Program-made: the position numbers and the translations under genes
Assembly: GCA_032126595.1 (NCBI GenBank)
Contig: JAQBAV010000002.1
Span: forward strand, 1 to 25,256
DNA from: Candidatus Omnitrophota bacterium
GTDB lineage: Bacteria; Omnitrophota; Gorgyraeia; Tantalellales; Tantalellaceae
Direction of reading: 5' to 3'
Length of the DNA stretch: 25,256 nucleotides
Shown: one piece after another, positions 1-8,785 of the stretch
How positions within the stretch are numbered: the stretch's first letter is position 1
How the letters are laid out: each line of letters begins with the position of its first letter
Notes under the pieces: model-generated
What the model was told of the DNA's origin: nothing
Databases searched by the model: none
The model's input: only the letters and a program-made list of their open reading frames with translations

Positions 1-350
1 AAAAGAAAGCATTAGTAGCTTCCAGTAAGAAAAACTATGAAAATGTACAGAATGATGTGTATTATGAAGTAGAAGATATGTATTTTAAAATAACTACGTA
101 TAGAGATGTAATTTCACTTTATGAAACCGCCTTAATTCCTCAATCGGAACAGTCCTTTGACGCATCAAAAACCGGATATGAGACAGGAAGTGTTGATTTT
201 TTGAATTGGCTGGAATCCGAGAGAGTGCTCTTACAGACAAGGTTAGCTTACTATAAATCAATAGTTGATTATCAGAAATCTATTGCCTATTTGGAGAGAG
301 TTATCGGCAAAGATTTGCAAGGAGGAGAAAATGAGTCAGAAGAGCTATAG
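1..350 (+). CDS. TolC/CusC-family outer-membrane efflux protein, C-terminal part (5' end outside window)
   Basis: Frame is open from position 3 to the stop at 350. The translation 'AEQSFDAS...GYETGSVDFLNWLESERVLLQTRLAYY...YQKSIAYLERVIG' fits the C-terminal OEP repeat. It lies directly upstream of MFP and RND genes. Confidence 0.85.
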   Translation, partial: KKALVASSKKNYENVQNDVYYEVEDMYFKITTYRDVISLYETALIPQSEQSFDASKTGYETGSVDFLNWLESERVLLQTRLAYYKSIVDYQKSIAYLERVIGKDLQGGENESEEL

Positions 351-1632
351 GTTCATAAATTTCTTAAGAAGTTTTATGTTGGTATTAATCATAATAGGCG
401 TTGGCTTTTCAGCTGTTTCTTGCGGCGGAAGAGTATCATCCGAGCAAGAAGCAGTCAAAATTGATTATTACACTTGCGGCATGCATCCAAGTGTGAAAGT
501 TGCGCCTGAAGAATATAATAAAGGTACAACAACCTGTCCGATCTGCAATATGAATTTAATTCCGGTATATAAAGAAGCGGAGCTGGATTCTACTTATTAT
601 GGTTGCGGCATGGAAGGCGAGGAGCATGTATTTTACCTTCAAGGGGATCATGAAGGGATGAAATGTCCGATTTGCGGCATGCCTCTTAAAAAATTATCAG
701 AAGAAGAGGCCGATAAACTTAGAGGAGTTGTCAGTAAGGTTGTTATAAAAGGGGAGCAGGCAAGATTAGCCGGAGTTAAAGCAGAGCCTCTTAAAAAAAT
801 GCATCTATTTAAGGAAATACGGACCGTTGGAAAGGTTGCCTATGACCCACAGCTTGCCATAACCCAGGAAGAGTTGATCTCTTCGCTGAAAGCTGTGGAC
901 AAAATGGGTGAGGGAAGTATTCCGGAAATTAAAGAGCGAGCTATGAGCCTTGTGGAATCAGCAAGAAGGAAATTAAAACTGTTAGGTTTGAGCGCGGAGC
1001 AGATTAAAGAACTGGAAGACACAAGAGAAGTAGAGACAAGCCTTATATTTCCTGAAGAAAAAATGTGGATATATGGTGAAGTCTATGAATATGAATTAGG
1101 CTGGGTAAAAAAAGGGGAAAAGGTATTGGTCACGACGTCCGGTATGCCCGGAACAGAATTTCATGGCATTATTTCTTCTGTGAACCCTGTCTTAGACCCT
1201 AAAACCCGTTCCGTTACTTTTAGGGCTCAAGTTGATAACCCGGGCCTAAAATTAAAGCCTGAAATGTATGTTGATGTAGTCATTGTGAGCATGTTGAACT
1301 CAGACGGAGAGACGGAAGTTTTGGCCGTTCCAAAAGAAGCAGTGCTTGATACCGGTGTGCGTAAGATTGTTTGGGTTGATAAAGGCAACGGTGAATATGA
1401 GGGCCGGGCAATTAAAGTCGGGCCGGAGGCCACTGCCATGATAGATGGTTATGAAGGAAAGTTTTATCCGGTGTTAGAAGGCTTGAACGAAGGTGATCAA
1501 GTTGTCGTAAAATCGAACTTCTTGATAGATTCCCAGAGCCAGCTTTCAGGGACAGCCGCTTCTCAATATGGAGGAGCATTGGGCTCTAAAGAGGAAGATA
1601 AGACGGCAATGCCGCCGGGACATCAGCACTAA
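331..1632 (+). CDS. cusB: CusB-like RND membrane fusion protein with two N-terminal Cys/Met heavy-metal-binding motifs; possible lipoprotein
   Basis: ATG at 331 follows GGAGGAG, in frame with ORF 265..1632. Motifs are YYTCGMHP...CPICNMNL and YYGCGM...CPICGMPL. MFP signature: 'EVYEYELGWVKKG...G.ISSVNPVLDPKTRSVTFRA.VDNPGLKLKPEMY'. Lipobox-like AVSC; C-terminal MPPGHQH. Confidence 0.85.
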   Translation: MSQKSYRFINFLRSFMLVLIIIGVGFSAVSCGGRVSSEQEAVKIDYYTCGMHPSVKVAPEEYNKGTTTCPICNMNLIPVYKEAELDSTYYGCGMEGEEHVFYLQGDHEGMKCPICGMPLKKLSEEEADKLRGVVSKVVIKGEQARLAGVKAEPLKKMHLFKEIRTVGKVAYDPQLAITQEELISSLKAVDKMGEGSIPEIKERAMSLVESARRKLKLLGLSAEQIKELEDTREVETSLIFPEEKMWIYGEVYEYELGWVKKGEKVLVTTSGMPGTEFHGIISSVNPVLDPKTRSVTFRAQVDNPGLKLKPEMYVDVVIVSMLNSDGETEVLAVPKEAVLDTGVRKIVWVDKGNGEYEGRAIKVGPEATAMIDGYEGKFYPVLEGLNEGDQVVVKSNFLIDSQSQLSGTAASQYGGALGSKEEDKTAMPPGHQH

Positions 1633-1656
1633 TAACTTATAAACAAGGGAAAACTT

Positions 1657-4600
1657 ATGATCAACAAAATTATTGAAGGATGCCTTAAGAATAGATTTTT
1701 AGTTATAGCTGCCTTTGTGTTTATAGTTGTGTGGGGTTATTCTTCGATGGTGAATACTCCTGTCGATGCTATTCCTGATATTGGTGAACTTCAAGTAATA
1801 GTCTATGCTGATTGGCAGGGCAGAAGCCCGCAAGATATAGAAGACCAGGTAATATATCCGTTAACAACTGGGCTTATGGGAACTCCTGGAGTAAAGGTTG
1901 TGCGTTCCACGTCAGCGTTTGGCTTTGGACTTGTAAACCTGATTTTCAAAGAGGGCACGGATTATTATTGGGCAAGGACAAGGGTTTTAGAAAGACTGGA
2001 TTTCGCAAAGCGCGATGTGCCTAAAGATGTTACGGTCACCTTAGGGCCCGACGCGACAGCATTAGGGCAGATATTCTGGTATACAGTAGAAGGGGAAGGC
2101 TATGATCTAGCTGAGCTTCGTTCCATTCAGGACTGGTATATAAGATATCAATTAACGTCTGTTCCGGGGGTTTCGGAAGTTGCGTCTGTCGGTGGATATG
2201 TCAAACAATATCAGATTGATCTAGACCCTAACAAGCTTCTCGCCTACGGAATTAATATCCACGAAGTTATCAGTGCGGTTGAAAATTCCAATCTTGATGT
2301 AGGGGCGAAAGTTTTCGAAGAGGGTGGAGCAGAGTTTATTGTCCGCGGTATAGGTTTTATAAAAAATACCTCTGACATAGAAAATATTGTTATCGGCGCA
2401 AAAGAAGGCACACCCATTTACATAAAGAATATTGCCAAGGTCACGATCGGGCCGGATTTTAGGAGGGGGGCTTTAGATAAAGAGGGAAAAGAAGTTACCG
2501 GCGGAGTAGTTCTTATGCGTTATGGAGAAAATCCTCTCAAGGTGCTAAATAGCATTAAAGAGAAAATAAAAGAATTATCTGTAGGATTGCCGAGAGGAGT
2601 GAAGATAGTGCCTTTTTATGACCGTACAGGCCTTATTGGACGAAGCATAAATACATTAAAAACCGCTCTAATTCAGGAAATAATTATAACGGTACTCGTC
2701 ATCCTTTTATTTCTTATGCATTTTAGGGGCAGTATTATAATTTCCCTAGTTTTACCGATCGGCATTCTTATAGCTTTTATTTTTATGCGTAATCTTCGCA
2801 TCGATGCGAACATAATGTCTTTAGGGGGAATTGCCATAGCTATCGGCGTTATGGTTGATTCCGGGTGTGTGCTGGTTGAGAATATTTATAGGAGACTCAC
2901 TCTAAGGCGGCAGGAAAAAGGAGTAGCGAGACTCGATGACCAGGAAAGGTTAGACGTTTGCACCGAAGGGGCCCAAGAGGTTGGAAAACCTGTTTTGTTT
3001 GCCCTCTTAACAACTATTGTTGGTTTTATACCGGTATTTGTTTTGACCGGCCAGGCAGGAAAACTTTTTAAGCCCCTTGCCTTCACAAAAACATTTACGA
3101 TGGTAGGAGCAGCTATAATTGCTCTAACGCTTCTTCCCACGCTTTGTTATTATCTCTTAAGAGGAAAATTAAGGCCTGCAGAAAAAAATAAGATAACGCA
3201 GTTTTTGTACAAAGGGTATAACCCTACGATCAGATGGGCATTAAAGAATAAGAAGATGGTGGTATTATTCGCCATTATTGTTATGATCGTGGGATTATTG
3301 TGCGGGTCTTTAATGAAACAGGAGTTTATGCCGCCGCTTAACGAGGGTGACCTTCTATTTATGCCGGTACTTTTGCCGGGAGCATCTTTGACACAGGTAA
3401 TGGAAGTCATGAAAAAACAGGATGTTATTATAAAAAATAAGATTCCTGAAGTTGAATGGGTTGTTGGGAAATTGGGCCGAGCTGAAACAGCAACAGACCC
3501 GGCCCCTGTAACAATGATAGAGACAATCATTCACCTTAAAGATAAAAGACACTGGCGCAGGGGAATGACAAGAGAGAAAATCATAAGCGAAATCCAGGAA
3601 AAAACAAGAATGCCCGGGGTAAGTCCTATAATGACTCAGCCTATAAGAAATCGAATTGATATGTTAGCTACGGGCATACAGACGCCTGTAGGCATCAAAG
3701 TCTTTGGACCAGACCTAAACAAGATAGTGGATATAGCCACAGAAATAGAGAAGGTTGTAAAGGGTGTAGAAGGAGCAGTTAGTCCGTATGCAGAGAGAAC
3801 ATCTAATAGGCCGTACTTTGAAATAGAAGTAGATAGAGAAAAAGCAGCGCGATACGGGGTCAAGGTTGGAGATGTCCAGCATATCATCATGACTGCTATA
3901 GGAGGCATGAATCTTACTACCACCGTTGAAGGAAGAGAGCGCTACCCTGTACGCGTGAGATACCTGCGGGAATTAAGAGATACTCCGGAGGCGCTTAATA
4001 GGATCTTTGTTCCAACTTCAAGCGGAGAGCAGGTCCCATTGGCGCAGATCGCAGAGTTAAAGAAGGTTCCGGGACCAGCGGTTATAAACTCAGAAAATAC
4101 CGTTACGTATGCCAGGGTTTTTGTGAATGTTGACCAGAGTAAGGTTGGTCTTATAGATTTTGTAGAAAACGCCCAAAAGAGAGTTCAAGGCAAAATAAAA
4201 TCAGGGGAAATTAAGCTGCCGACCGGGTATTTTATTTCCTGGTCAGGGCAATTTGAGTCTGAGATGGAGTCGCGTAAAAAACTCGTTCCGTCACTAGTAA
4301 TATGTCTGGCAGTAATTTTGTTATTGCTATATATGGCTTTTAAAAAGTTCAGTATTTTGCTTATCCTTGCAACAGGGCTCCCGGTATCATTAATGGGAGG
4401 AACCATCCTGTTGTTCCTATTAGGGTTTAGATTCTCTACTGCAGTTTGGGTTGGTTTTATAGCTTTATTTGGGATTGCGACAGATAATGCTGTAGTATTA
4501 TTGTCGACCTTGGAAGATCTATTTAAAACGAAAGCTCCCAAAACAATAGAAAGTATTCGCCAGACGGTTATAGAAGGAGCATTACTCAGGGTTCGTCCGG

Positions 4601-4797
4601 CTATGATGACCACAACGACCACCATTGTAGCTCTTATGCCAGTAATGTTCGCTACAGGAACTGGAGCGGAGATCATGAAGCCTATGGCCTCACCGACTGT
4701 AGGGGGATTAATTACCGCAACTCTTTCTAACCTAATATTGGTTCCGATGCTATATTGCTGGATGAAAGAAAGAGAGATAAAGCATAATTCTAAATAA
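1657..4797 (+). CDS. cusA: CusA/CzcA-family heavy-metal RND efflux transporter
   Basis: 1046 aa. Diagnostic segments include 'MINKIIE..LKNRFLV', 'PVDAIPDIGELQV', 'GPDATALGQIFWY', 'NIMSLGGIAIAIGVMVD' and 'GA.LRVRP.MMT', plus the Met-rich 'FMP.LNEGDLLFMP' and 'IDMLATGI' segments. Confidence 0.95.
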   Translation: MINKIIEGCLKNRFLVIAAFVFIVVWGYSSMVNTPVDAIPDIGELQVIVYADWQGRSPQDIEDQVIYPLTTGLMGTPGVKVVRSTSAFGFGLVNLIFKEGTDYYWARTRVLERLDFAKRDVPKDVTVTLGPDATALGQIFWYTVEGEGYDLAELRSIQDWYIRYQLTSVPGVSEVASVGGYVKQYQIDLDPNKLLAYGINIHEVISAVENSNLDVGAKVFEEGGAEFIVRGIGFIKNTSDIENIVIGAKEGTPIYIKNIAKVTIGPDFRRGALDKEGKEVTGGVVLMRYGENPLKVLNSIKEKIKELSVGLPRGVKIVPFYDRTGLIGRSINTLKTALIQEIIITVLVILLFLMHFRGSIIISLVLPIGILIAFIFMRNLRIDANIMSLGGIAIAIGVMVDSGCVLVENIYRRLTLRRQEKGVARLDDQERLDVCTEGAQEVGKPVLFALLTTIVGFIPVFVLTGQAGKLFKPLAFTKTFTMVGAAIIALTLLPTLCYYLLRGKLRPAEKNKITQFLYKGYNPTIRWALKNKKMVVLFAIIVMIVGLLCGSLMKQEFMPPLNEGDLLFMPVLLPGASLTQVMEVMKKQDVIIKNKIPEVEWVVGKLGRAETATDPAPVTMIETIIHLKDKRHWRRGMTREKIISEIQEKTRMPGVSPIMTQPIRNRIDMLATGIQTPVGIKVFGPDLNKIVDIATEIEKVVKGVEGAVSPYAERTSNRPYFEIEVDREKAARYGVKVGDVQHIIMTAIGGMNLTTTVEGRERYPVRVRYLRELRDTPEALNRIFVPTSSGEQVPLAQIAELKKVPGPAVINSENTVTYARVFVNVDQSKVGLIDFVENAQKRVQGKIKSGEIKLPTGYFISWSGQFESEMESRKKLVPSLVICLAVILLLLYMAFKKFSILLILATGLPVSLMGGTILLFLLGFRFSTAVWVGFIALFGIATDNAVVLLSTLEDLFKTKAPKTIESIRQTVIEGALLRVRPAMMTTTTTIVALMPVMFATGTGAEIMKPMASPTVGGLITATLSNLILVPMLYCWMKEREIKHNSK

Positions 4798-4815
4798 TAT
4801 TTGAAGATATAGGCC

Positions 4816-4854
4816 AAAAACAAAACCTGTCTCATAAAGGCAGGTTTTGTTTTT
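4816..4854. terminator. Intrinsic terminator after cusA, probably bidirectional
   Basis: AAAAACAAAACCTGTC-tcataaa-GGCAGGTTTTGTTTTT: 16-bp stem with one G-U pair and A/T tracts on both sides. Confidence 0.85.
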
Positions 4855-4870
4855 ATTTATGGGCATGGTC

Positions 4871-4879
4871 TGGTATAAT
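4871..4879 (+). promoter_or_regulatory. Extended -10 promoter (TGgTATAAT), probably giving a leaderless mRNA
   Basis: TG at 4871-4872 and TATAAT at 4874-4879. The ATG at 4886 falls at the expected +1 position and has no Shine-Dalgarno. Confidence 0.6.
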
Positions 4880-4885
4880 GCAGAC

Positions 4886-5065
4886 ATGAAAAAAGAGCCA
4901 AAGAACTATGCATACTGGAAAAGCATTATAGCTGATTCCGAGAAAAGCGCCGAGTTTATGGCCAGGGGTACCGATCGCCAGAAAAAAGAGATCAAGAGAG
5001 TTTTTAAATATATGGAAAGCCAAAAGAAGTCTCAACAGGGTGATCTTTTTGGTGAAGAATTATGA
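4886..5065 (+). CDS. Small hypothetical protein (59 aa) ending QQGDLFGEEL
   Basis: ATG 4886 lies within ORF 4847..5065. Its stop overlaps the next start (ATGA), which suggests translational coupling. Confidence 0.55.
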   Translation: MKKEPKNYAYWKSIIADSEKSAEFMARGTDRQKKEIKRVFKYMESQKKSQQGDLFGEEL

Positions 5066-5355
5066 AAAAGAGTCTAAAAGAGCTAAAGATAATACCGGGA
5101 GTCGGAAAAGAGATCGCCAAAGACCTTTATGATATAGGTATAAGGAAAGTAGCTGATTTAAAAGACAAAGATCCTGAGAAGCTTTATAATAAAAGTAACA
5201 GGCTTCAAGGGTGCATACAGGATAGATGTTTGTTATATGTATTCAGGTGCGCCGTGTATTATGCTTCGGAGACAAAGCACGAAGCGAGAAAATTGAAATG
5301 GTGGTACTGGAAAGATGATATTAAAAAGGCTTTCAGGCTTGCCAAAAGAGTATGA
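5062..5355 (+). CDS. Helix-hairpin-helix protein of the Cdd1/'pathogenicity locus' (TfoX-C-like) type
   Basis: HhH motif 'LKIIPGVGKEIAKDL..IGI' and family-typical 'DRCLLYVFRCAVYYA...KWWYWKD'. Confidence 0.75.
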   Translation: MKKSLKELKIIPGVGKEIAKDLYDIGIRKVADLKDKDPEKLYNKSNRLQGCIQDRCLLYVFRCAVYYASETKHEARKLKWWYWKDDIKKAFRLAKRV

Positions 5356-5367
5356 AGAGGAACGGGT

Positions 5368-5745
5368 ATGAAGATAGTATTGTATATTTGTATGTTTCTG
5401 CTTGCAGTCGGGACGAACGTTAGTGCGGCCAAAGTAGATGAATCTAACCCTATGAGGAGGGAAATTATGAAAGCTAAAGCAAGACACATTTTAGTCGGAA
5501 CACAGGAAGAGTGTGAAGACTTAAAGACCAGAATAGAAGGCGGAGAAGACTTCGGTAAGATGGCGGAGGAATACTCCAAATGTCCGTCCGGACAGCAGGG
5601 CGGGGACCTTGGTGAGTTTACTCAGGGACAGATGGTTCCGGAATTTGATAAAGTGGTTTTTTCTGATGAAGTTGGCAAGGTGCATGGTCCGGTAAAGACA
5701 AACTTCGGTTATCATTTGATCGAGATCACAAGCCGCACAGATTAA
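5368..5745 (+). CDS. ppiC: Parvulin-type peptidyl-prolyl cis-trans isomerase (PpiC); alternative start at 5467
   Basis: 'KARHILV....C..LK..I.GG.DF...A..YS.CPSG..GGDLGEF..GQMVPEFDKVVF....G.VHGPVKTNFGYHLIEI'. Confidence 0.92.
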   Translation: MKIVLYICMFLLAVGTNVSAAKVDESNPMRREIMKAKARHILVGTQEECEDLKTRIEGGEDFGKMAEEYSKCPSGQQGGDLGEFTQGQMVPEFDKVVFSDEVGKVHGPVKTNFGYHLIEITSRTD

Positions 5746-5763
5746 TATAAGCCGCAATAAAAT

Positions 5764-7599
5764 ATGATAGAAGTCTACGACCTCACTAAAACATACGGGA
5801 AGCAGCTTCTTTTTGAAAAAGCTTCATTCAATATACTCCAGGGTGAGCGTATAGGGCTTGTCGGGCGAAATGGGCACGGCAAGTCTACGCTTTTAAGGAT
5901 AATTATTGGAGAGGAGGCTTCTGACGAAGGAAGCAAGAACATTCCCAGTAATTATAAAATCGGGTATCTCAGACAGAGCATAGAGTTTACTGAGGAAACT
6001 GTTCTGGCTGAAGCGTGTAAGGGTTTGTCCTCGGAAGATGCCGAAGAAATTTGGAAGGTAGAAAAAATACTTATGGGCCTGGGATTTACAGAAGAAGATT
6101 TTAATAAATCTCCGGGCATTCTATCCGGCGGGTACCAGATGCGGATAAATTTAGCGAAAGTGCTTGTATCTGAACCGGATTTGCTCTTGCTCGATGAACC
6201 TACGAATTTTCTTGATATTGTTTCAATAAGATGGCTGGAAAGCTTTCTAAAGACCTGGAAGAGTGAATTTATTATCGTAAGTCATGATAGAAACTTTATG
6301 GATAGCGTGGTTACTCATATTGTCGGTATAAACAGGGGGAAAATAAGGAAGATTAAAGGCAATACGGGTAAATATTATTCATCAATAGTTAAAGATGAAG
6401 AGATTCATGAAAAAAGGCGTATCAACGAAGACAAAAAACGCAAACAAATAGAAGAATATATAAACACTTTCAGAGCAAAGGCGCGCAGGGCAAAATCTGT
6501 TCAGTCTAGTGTCAAGCGGCTGAACAAGATGGGGAAAATAGATAAACTCGAAAACATACAGACTCTTTCTTTTTCTTTCAATTCCGTGCCATTCCGTGCG
6601 CCGTCATTAATGGAAGCGAAAAAGATTTCTTTTTCTTATGACAGAGAAGAGCCGTATCTAATAAAAGGTTTTAGTCTTTTGGTTGAACGCGGTGATAAGA
6701 TATGCATAGCCGGCGCTAACGGAAAAGGTAAGACTACACTTGCTAAGATGCTGGCGGGGGTAATGAACTCTGTTAAGGGAGAAATAAGAGTTAACCCGCA
6801 AGTTATGGTGTCGTATTATGAACAGGGCAATACCGCCAAGCTCAATGACGGTATGACCATTGAAGAGGAGATACTTTTATCTCACCCCGGGAAACATAAA
6901 ACAGAGGTAAGGAATATATGCGGCGCAATGATGTTTTCCGGAGACGATGCACTCAAGAAGATATCTGTCCTGTCGGGAGGTGAAAGAAGTAGAGTGCTTC
7001 TGGCTAAGACGCTTCTCAAGCCTTCCAATCTTTTAGTCCTTGATGAACCCACGCACCACTTGGATATGGAATCATGCTCCGCTCTTTTTGACGCAGTCGA
7101 GAGATACGAGGGCGCATCGATTATAGTAACTCACGATGAATATTTCTTACATAAAGTAGCTACCAAACTGATTATATTCCTGGATAACCGGATTATAGTT
7201 TTTCCGGGTAACTATTCAGAGTTTTTGGAGCAGATTGGATGGGACACCGGAGATGTCCTGGATGTAGCAAAGAAGGCTGCGCAAGGAGTAAAACCTGCAG
7301 CATCTGGAAACAAAAAAGAAGAAAGAAGGCAGCGTGCGCAGGAATTAGCCTTACGCCGCGAAAAACTGGGACCTCTTGAAAAAAGAATAGATACCCTGGA
7401 AGCGGATATTGTTTCCGGTGAAAAGGAAGAAAAAGTTTTAACCGGTGAACTTGTAAAAAGTTCAGAAAAGCAAGATGTGCAAGCAATAACCCGGTTTTCT
7501 AAAGAGCTTAATGAGGTTAAGGTGAAGATCGATAGTTTGTATGATGAGCTTGATAATGTGATGAGTGAATATGAGAAGGTTAAAGAAGAACTAGAATGA
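5764..7599 (+). CDS. ABC-F family ATPase (ribosome-associated, Uup/YheS-like) with C-terminal coiled coil
   Basis: Two NBDs: Walker A GRNGHGKS and GANGKGKT, signatures LSGGYQ and LSGGER, Walker B LLLLDEPT and LLVLDEPT. No transmembrane segments. Confidence 0.92.
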   Translation: MIEVYDLTKTYGKQLLFEKASFNILQGERIGLVGRNGHGKSTLLRIIIGEEASDEGSKNIPSNYKIGYLRQSIEFTEETVLAEACKGLSSEDAEEIWKVEKILMGLGFTEEDFNKSPGILSGGYQMRINLAKVLVSEPDLLLLDEPTNFLDIVSIRWLESFLKTWKSEFIIVSHDRNFMDSVVTHIVGINRGKIRKIKGNTGKYYSSIVKDEEIHEKRRINEDKKRKQIEEYINTFRAKARRAKSVQSSVKRLNKMGKIDKLENIQTLSFSFNSVPFRAPSLMEAKKISFSYDREEPYLIKGFSLLVERGDKICIAGANGKGKTTLAKMLAGVMNSVKGEIRVNPQVMVSYYEQGNTAKLNDGMTIEEEILLSHPGKHKTEVRNICGAMMFSGDDALKKISVLSGGERSRVLLAKTLLKPSNLLVLDEPTHHLDMESCSALFDAVERYEGASIIVTHDEYFLHKVATKLIIFLDNRIIVFPGNYSEFLEQIGWDTGDVLDVAKKAAQGVKPAASGNKKEERRQRAQELALRREKLGPLEKRIDTLEADIVSGEKEEKVLTGELVKSSEKQDVQAITRFSKELNEVKVKIDSLYDELDNVMSEYEKVKEELE

Positions 7600-7608
7600 G
7601 CTGTATGA

Positions 7609-7713
7609 GATGGCGGGTAATATGTTCGAGCTCAGACAGTCCTCGCTCCGACGGGCACCCCGTGAAACGGGGTCGCGAGGCTGCGGAACTCGCCGAACAC
7701 ACCACTCGTCATC
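7609..7713 (+). repeat. Structured intergenic element A, copy 1
   Basis: Outer stem GATGGCGGGT/ACTCGTCATC with 2 G-U pairs. Core CTCAGACAGTCCTC at 7631-7644 and CTGCGGAACTCG at 7681-7692. Inner hairpin ACCCCG-TGAAA-CGGGGT. Confidence 0.9.
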
Positions 7714-7739
7714 CTTTAAGCTAATATATTACTGGGGAA

Positions 7740-8354
7740 ATGGAGAGTATGTTAAAAGAGATATGTGAAGAGGCTATGTATGTAGGGATGGATATCGATC
7801 TTTCCGATTGCCACTATGGTGAGACGACAGGCACATCCGTTATTTCCCGGCCTACTAGTTATTATTATTTTCTCGCAGGCTTTGTTGCTCTTGAGGAGTG
7901 TGCGCAAGTCCTTGAGATAGGAACTAATTGCGGAGGCTCCATTATGTCGATCAGCAAGGGCCTTGATGCGGACGATATTACAGATAGGCGTTTAGTGACA
8001 GTGGATATCGCGCATAAAAATGAGGAAGGGCTTAAGGAATACCCGAAAGTTACAAGAGTGCATGGCGATTCTTTGAGCGGGGAGGTTGTGAAAAAGGTAG
8101 TAGGCTCTTTCAATAAAGAAATAGACCTACTTTATATTGATTCACTTCATGAATACGAACACACTAGAGAGAATATAGAAATTTATGCACCAAAACTAAA
8201 ACCGCGTTATATTATCCTGGATGATATAAGACAGACCGAAGGTATGAAAAAGCTTTGGGGAGAATTGAAAGAAGAGTTTGGGTGTAATGCGTTTGATGCT
8301 TCAGAGAGCGCGAAGAGGCACGGGGCGGGGTTTGGGGTCATAAAATATAGATAA
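7740..8354 (+). CDS. Class I SAM-dependent methyltransferase (Methyltransf_24/CmcI-like)
   Basis: Motif I 'VLEIGTNCGGS', 'LVTVDI', 'VHGDSL', 'IDLLYIDSLHEYE', 'YIILDDI'. Confidence 0.8.
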   Translation: MESMLKEICEEAMYVGMDIDLSDCHYGETTGTSVISRPTSYYYFLAGFVALEECAQVLEIGTNCGGSIMSISKGLDADDITDRRLVTVDIAHKNEEGLKEYPKVTRVHGDSLSGEVVKKVVGSFNKEIDLLYIDSLHEYEHTRENIEIYAPKLKPRYIILDDIRQTEGMKKLWGELKEEFGCNAFDASESAKRHGAGFGVIKYR

Positions 8355-8361
8355 TAGTTTT

Positions 8362-8444
8362 AAGAAAGGTGTATGTACCTCGGGACTCAGACAGTCCTCA
8401 GCCTTCGGCCTGCGGAACTCGTCCGAGACACATACACCTTTCTT
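8362..8444 (+). repeat. Structured intergenic element A, copy 2
   Basis: Perfect 15-bp outer stem AAGAAAGGTGTATGT/ACATACACCTTTCTT. Core at 8386-8399 and 8410-8421. Inner hairpin GCC-TTC-GGC. Confidence 0.9.
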
Positions 8445-8471
8445 TTTTGTTGCCCTGAAACTCTTATCGTC

Positions 8472-8521
8472 GGGGAGGACGGTGCTGATAATTCGGAAGG
8501 AAAAGCTACAGCTTTTCCTTC
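8472..8521 (+). repeat. Module B, degenerate copy with a different hairpin
   Basis: GGGGAG...GATAATTCGGAA as in the other B copies, then a perfect 11-bp hairpin GAAGGAAAAGC-taca-GCTTTTCCTTC. Confidence 0.6.
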
Positions 8522-8556
8522 TTCTTGTTATGGGCTTGTGTTTATAAGATGCAGAT

Positions 8557-8667
8557 AAAGGTTGGTATCGTACTTCGTGCTCGAACAGTCCTCGCCCCGA
8601 CGGGCACCCCGTGAAACGGGGTCGCGGGGCTGCGGAAACTGCGCGCGAAACACACTATCAACCCTTT
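8557..8667 (+). repeat. Structured intergenic element A, copy 3
   Basis: Outer stem GGTTGGTA/TATCAACC with a G-U pair. Core CTCGAACAGTCCTC at 8580-8593 and CTGCGGAAACTG at 8630-8641. Inner insert CCGACGGGCACCCCGTGAAACGGGGTCGCG is identical to that in copy 1. Confidence 0.9.
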
Positions 8668-8690
8668 TCATTAACGAAACATTACGGTTG

Positions 8691-8771
8691 GGGGAGGTAT
8701 AGTGATAATTCGGAAACGAACCTCACATGTTAAGACACCGGGGTTCGTTTTTCCTGGAATGGTTGGGGAGT
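8691..8771 (+). repeat. Module B, copy 1
   Basis: GGGGAG..GATAATTCGGAAACGAACC[...]GGGGTTCGTTTTTCCTGGAATGGTTGGGGAGT, homologous to 19189-19268 and 23133-23213. Confidence 0.85.
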
Positions 8772-8785
8772 GTTTTCCTTTTTAT

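Noticed and set aside
7636-7644. ACAGTCC core as a hairpin-ribozyme cleavage site (ACA/GUCC)
   Set aside because: The partner loop A strand (AGAA) and loop B consensus (AGAAACA / GUAUAUUAC) are not present. The match is only 7 nt.
7609-8444. A elements as integron attC sites
   Set aside because: No RYYYAAC...GTTRRRY core ends and no integrase in the window. Only the architectural analogy is kept.
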